64,000 nucleotides of DNA, taken from contig JAKQTR010000043.1 in assembly GCA_029562975.1 (NCBI GenBank), positions 72,491 to 136,490 of the forward strand, written 5' to 3'. Both the position numbers and the translations under genes were made by a program. Source of the DNA: Acidobacteriota bacterium (GTDB lineage: Bacteria > Acidobacteriota > Vicinamibacteria > Vicinamibacterales > JAKQTR01). This document shows, one piece after another, positions 38,287 to 46,495 of this stretch. The stretch's first letter is position 1. Every line of letters begins with the position of its first letter. The notes below the pieces were generated by a model. The model did no database searches. It saw only the letters and a program-made list of their open reading frames with translations, and was not told where the DNA came from.

Positions 38287-40230
38287 TCAGGCGAGGCGCT
38301 CGACGAACGACGTGTCAATGCCGTCGCGCTTCATGAGATCGAGGAACGCCGCGCGGTCGTACGCCTTGCGGTAGGCCTCGCGCGGATCGACGGCGCCGCT
38401 CTGGACGAAGGCGAGCAGGACGTCGTTCATCGGGACCATCCCGTACTTGCGGCCCGAGTCGATGGCGAGCGGCAGCTGGCCGATCTTGCCCTCCGCGATG
38501 AGCGCCCCGACCGACGGCATGTTGAAGAGCAGCTCGCGCGCGGCCACGCGGCCGCCGCCGGCCTTGCGCAGCAGGACCTGCGCCACCGCCCCGCGAAGGG
38601 CCTCCGACAGCGACAGCGCGACCTGCGTCTGCCGCTCGTAGGCCGCCGTCTCGATGAGGCGCCCGATGGCCGCGCTGGTCGTGTGAGCCGTGACGGCGCC
38701 GATGACGAGGTGGCCCGACTCGGCCGCGTCGAGGGCGACGGCCACGAGGTCCGGCGTCTTCAGGTCGTCGATCACCAGGACGTCCGGGTTCTCGCGCAGC
38801 GCCGCCCGGGCGCCGTGCAGCATCGCATCCGGATCGCTCCGCGCCTCCCGCTGGCTGACCATCGCGCGCCGGTTCTCGTGCACGAACTTGATCTCGGTCT
38901 CGATGGTGACGATGTAGTCGGAGCGCGTGCGGTTGATGAGATCGACGAAAGCCGAAATGAGCGTCGATTTGCCGCTGAGCCGCGGGCCGGCCACGATGAC
39001 CAGCCCCTCCCGCTCGCCGCACAGGGCCTGGATGTCCCGGGACAGCCCGAGCTGGTCCGCCGAGATGAGCCGCGTCGGGATCAGTCGGAAGACGGCCCCG
39101 GGGCCGCGCTGGTCGCGGAAGCTCACGCAGCGCACGCGCCCGACGTCCTGAAGCTCGTAGACCCACTCCGCCGCCGTGCCGCCGGCGAAGGCCTCGCGGC
39201 TCGCGCCTGGCGCCAGCTCGAGGATCAGCGCCTCCACCTCGGCCTTGCCGAGCGGCGGCTCGGTCTCGAGCGGCAGGATCTCGTCGTCCACGCGGATGGA
39301 CGGGCGGGCGTTGGCGGTCAGAAAGAGCGACGATGCGCCGCGCGCTGACGCGATGCGGAGCAGGCGGCCGATGCCGAGATACCGCGGCGTCGGCGAGGAC
39401 GAGGAGCGGGGCGCGTCGGCGCGAATCGGCGTGCGTGACAGCGGCAGCACGACGCCAGGAGCCGGCTCCCGAACCGCCCCGGTCCGCCGGGCGGACGGAG
39501 GCTGAACGGCCGGCTCGTCTGTCCGGGCCGACGGCGGACCGGACAGGCCGTATCTGACCGAGTGCGAAGGCGGCAGAGACGCGGACGGCGGCGGGTGGCT
39601 GGGTGCCATGCGCGGCCGCGGCGCGCTCTCGGGCGTCGGCGGCGGAGCCGGTCTAGCTGGAGGGGCCTGGGGCGCCTGGGTGTCGGCAGCCGGTGCGGCT
39701 CGATCGGCCAGAGCAGCCGGTTCCGGCTGGGCGGGCGCCGCTGCGGGCGGCGCCTCCGACGGCGCCACGGCCGCCTGCGCCGCCGCGGGAGGCGCCTCCG
39801 ACGGGTCCGTCACCGCTCGCGGCTCGGCCTTGGCTGCCGGCGCCTGGGCCGGCAGCGGCTCCTCCGACACCGCCGCGCCTGCCAGCCCGGGACGTGCCTG
39901 GCGAGTCACCGCGCGCTGGCGCCGCAGTTCGATCCAGATGTCGTCGCCGCCCCGCGCGGCTACCAGCACGAACGTGTCGCCCGTCTGGTCCCCCGGCCGG
40001 ATCTCGCGCTCGACCGCGCCAACCTCGCTCAGCGTCCGCTGATCCTCGGGAGCAAGCAGGTCGGCGAGCGCGCCTTTCATGGCGTCCACCGTCAGTGGGC
40101 GCTCCGAAAGGTTGACGGAACCGGTCGGCGCCAGCACGTAGGGACGCTCGCCCACGTGCATGACGAGGCCGTCCCCGTTGGCCTTCAGGACGGCGGCGAC
40201 GAGCGATTCAATGGGCGACACGTACCTCAT
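38287..40230 (-). CDS. PilT/PilU-like secretion-family ATPase with extra N-terminal domain, Pro/Ala-rich linker and degenerate catalytic motifs
   Basis: The C-terminal half aligns by eye to PilT. Its Walker A is GPRLSGKST. The Walker B region is DVLVIDDLKT (canonical DVILVGEMRD). The His box is GHLVIGAVTAHT. ATG at 40230 was chosen inside the ORF that extends to 40524. Confidence 0.7.
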   Translation of the reverse strand: MRYVSPIESLVAAVLKANGDGLVMHVGERPYVLAPTGSVNLSERPLTVDAMKGALADLLAPEDQRTLSEVGAVEREIRPGDQTGDTFVLVAARGGDDIWIELRRQRAVTRQARPGLAGAAVSEEPLPAQAPAAKAEPRAVTDPSEAPPAAAQAAVAPSEAPPAAAPAQPEPAALADRAAPAADTQAPQAPPARPAPPPTPESAPRPRMAPSHPPPSASLPPSHSVRYGLSGPPSARTDEPAVQPPSARRTGAVREPAPGVVLPLSRTPIRADAPRSSSSPTPRYLGIGRLLRIASARGASSLFLTANARPSIRVDDEILPLETEPPLGKAEVEALILELAPGASREAFAGGTAAEWVYELQDVGRVRCVSFRDQRGPGAVFRLIPTRLISADQLGLSRDIQALCGEREGLVIVAGPRLSGKSTLISAFVDLINRTRSDYIVTIETEIKFVHENRRAMVSQREARSDPDAMLHGARAALRENPDVLVIDDLKTPDLVAVALDAAESGHLVIGAVTAHTTSAAIGRLIETAAYERQTQVALSLSEALRGAVAQVLLRKAGGGRVAARELLFNMPSVGALIAEGKIGQLPLAIDSGRKYGMVPMNDVLLAFVQSGAVDPREAYRKAYDRAAFLDLMKRDGIDTSFVERLA

Positions 40231-40289
40231 CCGGCCCTGGCGGCCTGCTCCCTTCAGATGTCGGCCGAAAAGGCCGGATTCATTAGGTT

Positions 40290-40715
40290 TCAGGCCCGTG
40301 GCGGCGCGCCGGCCTCGTAGATGCGCACCAACTCGACAAGCTTGATGCCGCGCGTCTGATAGGGCGCGGTAATGCGCTCGGTTCGCAGGTACTGCAGCAG
40401 GCCGTCGTCGGCGTAATCCGGCTCGCCCACGTCGGGGAGCCGGCTGAGCCGTGCTGCCAGAGCAGCCAGAGCGGAGCCGCTGGCGGTGGCGGGGCCGGGG
40501 TCGGGCCGCAAGAGCCGCGTCCACCGCCGGCGGGCGGGCGGGCGCGTGAACTTCACGTAGATCTCGTTGCTGATGAACGCGTATCCGGACTCGGCCCGGC
40601 TGGCTGGCGCATCCTCGACGCGGATGAACTCGATGCCGCCGTCGCCTTTCAGGGCCTCCAGGACGAGACGCGTGAACGCGCCGTCCCCGCTCCAGCCTCT
40701 GTCGTCCAGCCGCAC
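40290..40715 (-). CDS. Hypothetical protein upstream of the PilT-like gene
   Basis: 141-aa ORF with a GTG start and very high GC3. It ends 59 nt before the PilT-like ATG. I recognise no motif. Confidence 0.5.
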   Translation of the reverse strand: MRLDDRGWSGDGAFTRLVLEALKGDGGIEFIRVEDAPASRAESGYAFISNEIYVKFTRPPARRRWTRLLRPDPGPATASGSALAALAARLSRLPDVGEPDYADDGLLQYLRTERITAPYQTRGIKLVELVRIYEAGAPPRA

Positions 40716-40726
40716 CCCTTCATGAT

Positions 40727-40825
40727 ATTGGGGTCAGATCCAGGATTACGGGGTCAGATCCAGAATTCCTGTAGTTCTTCAGGAATTTCCAGACCTGGCC
40801 CCGTAATCCTGGATCTGACCCCAAT
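40727..40825. repeat. 99-nt REP-like long palindrome (two GGGGTCAGATCC units per arm)
   Basis: The left arm ATTGGGGTCAGATCCAGGATTACGGGGTCAGATCCAGAATTCCTG pairs with the right arm CAGGAATTTCCAGACCTGGCCCCGTAATCCTGGATCTGACCCCAAT. The outer 27 nt and inner 8 nt pair perfectly. It abuts the HAD gene stop. Confidence 0.85.
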
Positions 40826-40826
40826 C

Positions 40827-41474
40827 TCACTGCGGGAGGAGGGTGAGGAGGTCCGATGGTTGATCCAGGTACCAGTCGTCGCTGCGCTGCATCGACTCGT
40901 CCACCCGCACGAAGCCGAACCCGTACCGCGCCAGGCACAGGCGCACGCCCCCGTTCCGGGCCGTCCGGACGTCCACGTCGGAATCGCCGATGAGCAGCGT
41001 CCTGCCTGCCGTGGCGCCGCAGCGCTCCATCAGCCACTGCAGCCCCGCCGGATCGGGCTTCGGCGCGAACCGCCCGTCACCGAACACGGCGTGCGGGAAG
41101 TACGGCTCCAGGCCGAGCCGGGCCAGGATCCTCCGCCCCGAGTCCTCGGGCTTGTTCGTCAGCAGCGCCAGGGCGTGGGTGGCGGCCAGCGCCTGCAGCG
41201 TTTCGATGGTGCCCGGATACGGCCTCGTCGTCTCGAACATCCGCTGGTCGTACAGGGCCAGGAACTCCTGGAGGGCCACGGCCGGCGGCGCTGCCTGCGC
41301 GGCTTGGGCCATCACGCGCTCGACCAGCACGGCCGCTCCCTCTCCGACCATCCAGCACGCGGCCTCGTCGTCAATTGGCGGTCCGCCGTACCGCGCGGAC
41401 AGCTCCGATGCGGCCGAGGCGAGATCGTGGATCGAGTCAACAAGGGTGCCGTCGAGATCAAAAACGAGAAGCAT
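40827..41474 (-). CDS. HAD-superfamily hydrolase (phosphoglycolate phosphatase-like)
   Basis: DLDGTLVDS (motif I), LTNK (motif II) and GDSDVD (motif IV). Confidence 0.8.
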   Translation of the reverse strand: MLLVFDLDGTLVDSIHDLASAASELSARYGGPPIDDEAACWMVGEGAAVLVERVMAQAAQAAPPAVALQEFLALYDQRMFETTRPYPGTIETLQALAATHALALLTNKPEDSGRRILARLGLEPYFPHAVFGDGRFAPKPDPAGLQWLMERCGATAGRTLLIGDSDVDVRTARNGGVRLCLARYGFGFVRVDESMQRSDDWYLDQPSDLLTLLPQ

Positions 41475-41492
41475 GAGAGTCCTGCGGCGGCG

Positions 41493-41897
41493 TCAGTCGC
41501 CGTGGAAGGTGGCGTGCGAGGTCGGTGTCTCCCAGACGCGGACGGATTCGACGGCGAAGCCCTGCGAGCAGGCGTAGTCGAAGATGAGCTTCGCGATGCT
41601 CTCGGCCGTGGGGTTGTCGTCCACCACGAAGACGGGCTCGCCCAGCTCCTGCAGCGGCTTCACCAGGGGGTCGTCCCGGCGGAGGATCATCTTGTGATCG
41701 ATGGTCTGGTCTATCCAGGCCTTGACCACGCGCTTGATGTCGCCGAAGTCGCACACCATGCAGCGGCCGTCGAGCTCGCCGCTGCGCAGCGTGACCTCGG
41801 CGACGGCGTTGTGCCCGTGGGGGTGCTTGCACACGCCGTCGTAGTCGAGCAGGCGGTGCCCGTAGCAGAAGTCAATGCGCTTCGCCACCGAGTACAT
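41493..41897 (-). CDS. queD: 6-carboxy-5,6,7,8-tetrahydropterin synthase QueD
   Basis: FCYGHRL, HPHGHN and the CxxxHGH-type zinc/catalytic signature of the PTPS/QueD family. Confidence 0.85.
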   Translation of the reverse strand: MYSVAKRIDFCYGHRLLDYDGVCKHPHGHNAVAEVTLRSGELDGRCMVCDFGDIKRVVKAWIDQTIDHKMILRRDDPLVKPLQELGEPVFVVDDNPTAESIAKLIFDYACSQGFAVESVRVWETPTSHATFHGD

Positions 41898-41915
41898 GGG
41901 TTTATTCTACAGCCG

Positions 41916-42629
41916 ATGACGGGATGCCCCGAAACCGCCGCCGTGCTCTGCTCGGCCGGACTGGACAGCGTCGTGCTGGCCGCCCACGAGGCGACGGCCC
42001 GCGACGTCCAGCCGGTTTACGTGTCGTCCGGCCTCGCGTGGGAACCGGCCGAGCTGGCGCGCCTCGAACGCCTCGGCCGGTCGTGGGCGGGCGCGGGCCG
42101 CATTCGCCCGCCCGTGGTTCTGGACCTGACGATGAGGGATGTGTACCCCGCGTCGCACTGGGCCATCCGCGGCGCGCCGCCCGCGTACGACACGCCGGAC
42201 GAGGACGTGTATCTCGCCGGGCGGAACATCGTGCTGCTCTCGAAGGCCGCCGTGTACTGCGCGGGCGCGCGCATCCACCGGCTGGCCATCGGCCTCCTGG
42301 CGGGCAACCCGTTTCCGGACGCCACCCCCGCGTTCTTCGGCGCGATGTCCGGCGCGCTCTCGCTCGGCCTCGCGCACCGCATCGACGTGGTCGCGCCCTT
42401 CGCCTCGCTCCGCAAGGCCGACGTGATCCGGCTCGGGGCGGCCCTTGGCGCCCCTCTCGACCTGTCGCTGTCCTGCATGAGCCCGCAGGACGGGCTGCAC
42501 TGCGGCGCGTGCAGCAAGTGCCGCGAGCGCCGCGACGCCTTCGACGAGGCGGGGCTGGCCGACCCTGCGCGCTACGCCGCGCCCTCTCCGCGGCGGACGC
42601 AGGCCGTTCCTCCGGGCCGGCGGCCGTGA
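41916..42629 (+). CDS. queC: QueC-like 7-cyano-7-deazaguanine synthase (divergent PP-loop)
   Basis: The PP-loop reads SAGLDS where the canonical motif is SGGLDS. It has a C-terminal zinc motif (C-x8-C-x2-C-x2-C in SCMSPQDGLHCGACSKC). ATG at 41916 lies inside the long ORF that starts at 40722. Confidence 0.7.
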   Translation: MTGCPETAAVLCSAGLDSVVLAAHEATARDVQPVYVSSGLAWEPAELARLERLGRSWAGAGRIRPPVVLDLTMRDVYPASHWAIRGAPPAYDTPDEDVYLAGRNIVLLSKAAVYCAGARIHRLAIGLLAGNPFPDATPAFFGAMSGALSLGLAHRIDVVAPFASLRKADVIRLGAALGAPLDLSLSCMSPQDGLHCGACSKCRERRDAFDEAGLADPARYAAPSPRRTQAVPPGRRP

Positions 42630-42733
42630 TCGCCGCGGAGCCGGCCAGCCGGCTCCCGCGCGGCCCCTGTGGCGCAGGGGGACGCAGAATGCCGTTCCGC
42701 TGGTAAAATCGCTGCTCGAGCCGCAGTCCTGAC

Positions 42734-44698
42734 ATGCGCGTGCCTTCAATCGGCCCATCGGTGCTGCTTGCCGTCGTGGCCTTCGTAGCCGCCCTTGCGG
42801 CAGAGGCGTCGCTCCGGCCGTCCGCCCCGATGCTGGTCACGCCCCTGGCCGCGTCGGCGCTGGCGCTCGGCTTCGCCTATCGCGCCTATCGCCGGGAGGA
42901 GGCGGCCCGCCGCGCGCACGACGAGCAGATCGAGCGATCGACGGCCTTGCAGTTCGCCACCATCGAAGCGCTCGCTCTCGCCATCGACGCGCGCGACCAC
43001 TCGTCGCCTTCGCAGCTGCTCCGCGAGCAGCGCCACGCGGCGGCGCTCGCCAAGGCCCTCGGCATGCCGCCCGACGCCGTCGAGGGCGTCCGGACGGCGG
43101 CCCTGCTCCACGACATCGGCAAGCTGGCCGTCCCCGATCACATCCTCTCGAAGTCGGCTCCGCTCACCGACGACGAGCGCAGCAAGATGCGCACGCACGC
43201 GGCTGTCGGCGCGGCGCTCATCGCCGACGTCCCGTTCCCGTACCCCGTGGCCGAGATCGTCGCCGCCCACCACGAACGCTGGGACGGAACGGGCTACCCG
43301 AACGGGTTGCGCGGCGCCGACATCCCGCTGGGGGCGCGCGTGCTCGCGGCGGTGGACCACTTCGCCGCCGTCACGTCGGAGCGGTCCCTGGGCGGGGCCC
43401 TGCCGGTCGAGGAGGCCATCAACGTGCTGTGGCAGGAGGCCGGCAACGCCCTCGACCCGGGCGTGGTGGCCCGCTACGCTGAGCTGCTTCCGGCGCTCGG
43501 CAAGGAGGATCTCGAAGCGCGCCTGGCCGCCTCGGCGCCAGCCGGCTCCCGGCGCGCCGGCGAGGCAGCCGCCCGCCGGCCAGGGCCGTCGGAGCTGCTC
43601 GAGCACATCGGCGAGGCGCACCGCGAGATGAGCGGCCTGCTCGAGGTGGCGGCCACGATGGGGACGGGGCTCGGCGTGGCGGAATCGATGTCCGTCCTGG
43701 CGTCGAAGCTGGACCGGCTGGTGCCGTTCAGCACCTGCGCGCTGTTCCTGTACGACGAGCCGAACGGCGTGGCGCGCTGCCGCTTCGCGACGGGCGCCGG
43801 CGAGCAGGTGTTCCCGGGCCTGATGGTGCGCGACGGCCAGGGCCTGGTGGGCAGGGCCATCGCCACCCGCGCGTGCGTCGTCAACGGCGATCCGGCCGCG
43901 GAACTCGACGCCTCGAAGCCGGGCCTGGCCGAAGCCGGGCTCCAGTCGGCGCTCGTCTGCCCGCTCGTGGTCGCCGGCTCGGTCCGGGGCGCGCTGGCGC
44001 TGTACCACACCGACCCGGCCTACTTCACCGACAACCACCGGCGCCTGCTGACGCGCGTCTCCGGCCAGATCGCCGCCGTCGTCAACAACGCCGCCATCTT
44101 CGAGCAGACCCGCGAGGACTCGGTCACCGATCCTCTGACCGGCTTGCCGAACACGCGCTTCCTGTCCTCGCACGCCGCGCGCGAAATCGCGCGCGCCGCG
44201 CGGCTGCGCACGTCGGTCGCGGTGCTGGTGGTCGATCTGGACAACCTGAAGCCGATCAACGACAGCTTCGGCCACCAGGCCGGCAACCGCGCCCTGTGCG
44301 CCGTGGCGGCCGTGCTGCGCAGCACGATCCGGCCCTACGACGTTTGCGCGCGCTACGGAGGCGACGAGTTCATCGTCCTGCTGTCGGACTGCGGCGTCGA
44401 TCAGGCGGAGGCGAAGCGGACGGAGCTGCAGAAGGCCGTCGAGTCGATGTCGTTCAGCGTGGGGGACCTGCTCAAGGTCCGGCTGTCGATCAGCGCGGGC
44501 GCTGCCGTGTTTCCCGTGGACGGCGAGTCGTACGAGGCCCTGCTCCAGGTCGCCGACAGCCGGATGTACGGGGACAAGGCCGCCCGCAAGCGCGCGAAGC
44601 TGCCAAAGACCGGACGCGCCCCCGAAGCCGGGACGGCATCGCCCTCGCCTCCGGCCGACCCGGCTGCCGCCGCGCCGCCGACGCAGCTCGCCCACTGA
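42734..44698 (+). CDS. Membrane-anchored HD-GYP / GAF / GGDEF tri-domain c-di-GMP enzyme
   Basis: Two N-terminal TM segments. The HD-GYP domain has LLHDIGK and HHERWDGTGYP. A GAF-like middle region follows. The GGDEF domain has DPLTGLPNTR and RYGGDEF. Confidence 0.85.
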   Translation: MRVPSIGPSVLLAVVAFVAALAAEASLRPSAPMLVTPLAASALALGFAYRAYRREEAARRAHDEQIERSTALQFATIEALALAIDARDHSSPSQLLREQRHAAALAKALGMPPDAVEGVRTAALLHDIGKLAVPDHILSKSAPLTDDERSKMRTHAAVGAALIADVPFPYPVAEIVAAHHERWDGTGYPNGLRGADIPLGARVLAAVDHFAAVTSERSLGGALPVEEAINVLWQEAGNALDPGVVARYAELLPALGKEDLEARLAASAPAGSRRAGEAAARRPGPSELLEHIGEAHREMSGLLEVAATMGTGLGVAESMSVLASKLDRLVPFSTCALFLYDEPNGVARCRFATGAGEQVFPGLMVRDGQGLVGRAIATRACVVNGDPAAELDASKPGLAEAGLQSALVCPLVVAGSVRGALALYHTDPAYFTDNHRRLLTRVSGQIAAVVNNAAIFEQTREDSVTDPLTGLPNTRFLSSHAAREIARAARLRTSVAVLVVDLDNLKPINDSFGHQAGNRALCAVAAVLRSTIRPYDVCARYGGDEFIVLLSDCGVDQAEAKRTELQKAVESMSFSVGDLLKVRLSISAGAAVFPVDGESYEALLQVADSRMYGDKAARKRAKLPKTGRAPEAGTASPSPPADPAAAAPPTQLAH

Positions 44699-44732
44699 GC
44701 GGCCCGGCGCGCCCCGGCCCGCCCCTTCCGGT

Positions 44733-45506
44733 TCAGATGCCCATGACGTGATAGCCCGAGTCCACCATCAGGACCTGGCCCGTGATGTTCGAGCTTTCCG
44801 GCCCCAGCAGGAACCGCCCGGCTTCGCCCACCTCCTCCAGCTCGGTGTTGCGGCGGAGCGGCGCCCGTTCCCGGTAGGCCTGCAGGATGCCGCCGAACCC
44901 GGAGATGCCCGACGCTGCGAGCGTCTTGATGGGCCCGGCCGAAATGGCGTTCACCCGGATGTGCTGCGGGCCGAGGTTGTCTGCGAGGTATCGAACCGAC
45001 GACTCGAGCGCGGCCTTGGCGACGCCCATCACGTTGTAGCCGGCGAAGACCCGGTCGGAGCCGAGGTAGGTCAGCGTGAGGATGCTCCCGCCCCCTCGCG
45101 CCGCCATCAGGGGCGCCGCCCCTCGGGCCAGGGCGATGAGGGAGTAGACGCTGACGTCCAGCGCGATTCTGAAGCCCTCGCGGCTCGTCTCGAGGAACGG
45201 CCGCGACAGCTCCGCGCGCGGCGCGAAGGCGGTGCCGTGGAGCAGGAAATCCAGGCCCCCGAACTCGCGGCCGACGATCTGGTACAAGTCGGCGATCTGC
45301 TCGTCCATCGTCACGTCGCACGGCTGGACGAGCGGCCCCTCCAGCTCAGCCGCCAGTTCCCGCACGTTGTCGAGCAGGCGTTCGCCTTGGTACGTCAGTG
45401 CGAGCCTGGCGCCGTCGCGCGCCAGAGCCTTGGCGATGGCCCAGGCGATTGACCGCCGGTTGGCGACGCCCGTGACGAGACCGAACCGGCCCGTGAGACT
45501 GCCCAT
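44733..45506 (-). CDS. fabI: Enoyl-[acyl-carrier-protein] reductase (NADH) FabI
   Basis: GVANRRSIAW, YNVMGVAKAALE (Tyr/Lys catalytic region) and SAGPIKT. Confidence 0.9.
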   Translation of the reverse strand: MGSLTGRFGLVTGVANRRSIAWAIAKALARDGARLALTYQGERLLDNVRELAAELEGPLVQPCDVTMDEQIADLYQIVGREFGGLDFLLHGTAFAPRAELSRPFLETSREGFRIALDVSVYSLIALARGAAPLMAARGGGSILTLTYLGSDRVFAGYNVMGVAKAALESSVRYLADNLGPQHIRVNAISAGPIKTLAASGISGFGGILQAYRERAPLRRNTELEEVGEAGRFLLGPESSNITGQVLMVDSGYHVMGI

Positions 45507-45520
45507 TGCGCTCTGGGTGT

Positions 45521-46306
45521 TCAGCGCTTCTTGGGACCGCGGGGAGGCTTGCCTCCGAACCCGTGCCTCGGGCCCCGGCCCGGCGGGTGTCCCTGTCCGC
45601 CGCGTTGACCGTGCGGCGGGCGCGTCGCCCGCCTTCCGCCGGGGGCGCCGGGCGGGCCGAAGAAACCGAAGTGCCCCTGTCCTCCCCGGTAGTGAATGCT
45701 GTTGCCGTCCACCTCGCCCTGGTTCTGGCGCGGTCCGCCCTTGGCGCCCGGCTTGTGGCGGCCGGCCTGCCCGTGGCGAAACGGCTTGCCGCGGCGGTTG
45801 CCAGCCGGCGCGGCCTTGTGCATGGTGAACTCGGGGATCGGCCGCGGCGGCACGTCGCCTTCGACCCGGGGGAGCGTCGCCCGAATCAGGCGGCGGTGCA
45901 GGCTGACCTCGGATTCGGCCGCACGCGCTGCCGGCGCGGCTGGCTGACCACCCGGCGCCGGCGCGTCGTGCTGGGCGCGGGCGAGGACGCTGTCAGCCGT
46001 GTCTTCGGGTCCGGCGGCCGCCGCCTGCACGGCCGGGGCATCCCGACCGGCTTCTCCCCCGCCTGCTCGCGGCTCCTGCGCCGCCGCGCGCGCCGGCGGC
46101 AGCGGAAGAGCGGCGGCGATCGCCGCCTTCTTGCGGGGCGCGGGCAGCCTGCCCCCGCGGTACTCGTGCTCGGCATCGCAGGTCGTGCAGCGAACCTGCC
46201 GGATGTCGTCGCCGACGAGCGCCACGACGGCGTGGTTGCTCAGGCGCCGCTCGCGCGGGCAGTAGTCATCGACAAGGTCACCAACACGAGGCTGGCGCGG
46301 AAGCAT
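45521..46306 (-). CDS. Hypothetical protein: N-terminal Cys/His knuckle, Ala/Pro linker, C-terminal Arg/Gly-rich tail
   Basis: C16, C40-x2-C43 and H47 lie in the first 50 aa. The tail reads RGGQGHFGFFGPPGAPGGRR...GFGGKPPRGPKKR. High GC3. Confidence 0.6.
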   Translation of the reverse strand: MLPRQPRVGDLVDDYCPRERRLSNHAVVALVGDDIRQVRCTTCDAEHEYRGGRLPAPRKKAAIAAALPLPPARAAAQEPRAGGGEAGRDAPAVQAAAAGPEDTADSVLARAQHDAPAPGGQPAAPAARAAESEVSLHRRLIRATLPRVEGDVPPRPIPEFTMHKAAPAGNRRGKPFRHGQAGRHKPGAKGGPRQNQGEVDGNSIHYRGGQGHFGFFGPPGAPGGRRATRPPHGQRGGQGHPPGRGPRHGFGGKPPRGPKKR

Positions 46307-46457
46307 GCACGGTCCCTCGAGAACGGCAGGTGGGAAGTTCAGTTGTCGCAGGACGTTCGATTCCAGCGATGCGCCGACGTGAGGGGCAACCGCCGCCTGC
46401 GAACGTCAATCGGAGCCCACGCTCCCGGCGGAAGCCGGTGCGCTAACGGCACGGCTT

Positions 46458-46486
46458 ATCATACAGCGCCCGGGTTCAAGACCCAA
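46458..46486 (-). promoter_or_regulatory. Sigma-70-like promoter upstream of the Zn-knuckle/RGG gene
   Basis: On the minus strand: TTGGGT (46481-46486), a 17-nt spacer, TATGAT (46458-46463). This would give a leader of about 145 nt. Confidence 0.3.
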
Positions 46487-46495
46487 GCGCGCTTT

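Noticed and set aside
42655-42680. A sigma-54-like TGGCGC-N-GACGCA element upstream of the HD-GYP/GGDEF gene.
   Set aside because: The GG-to-GC spacing is off by one from the -24/-12 consensus, and the -12 element is poor.
46340-46380. A tRNA-like GGACGTTCGATTCC segment in the leader of the RGG gene.
   Set aside because: It would have only a 3-6 bp imperfect stem with a 10-nt loop. No acceptor, D or anticodon arms can be drawn, so it is neither a tRNA nor a clear tRNA fragment.
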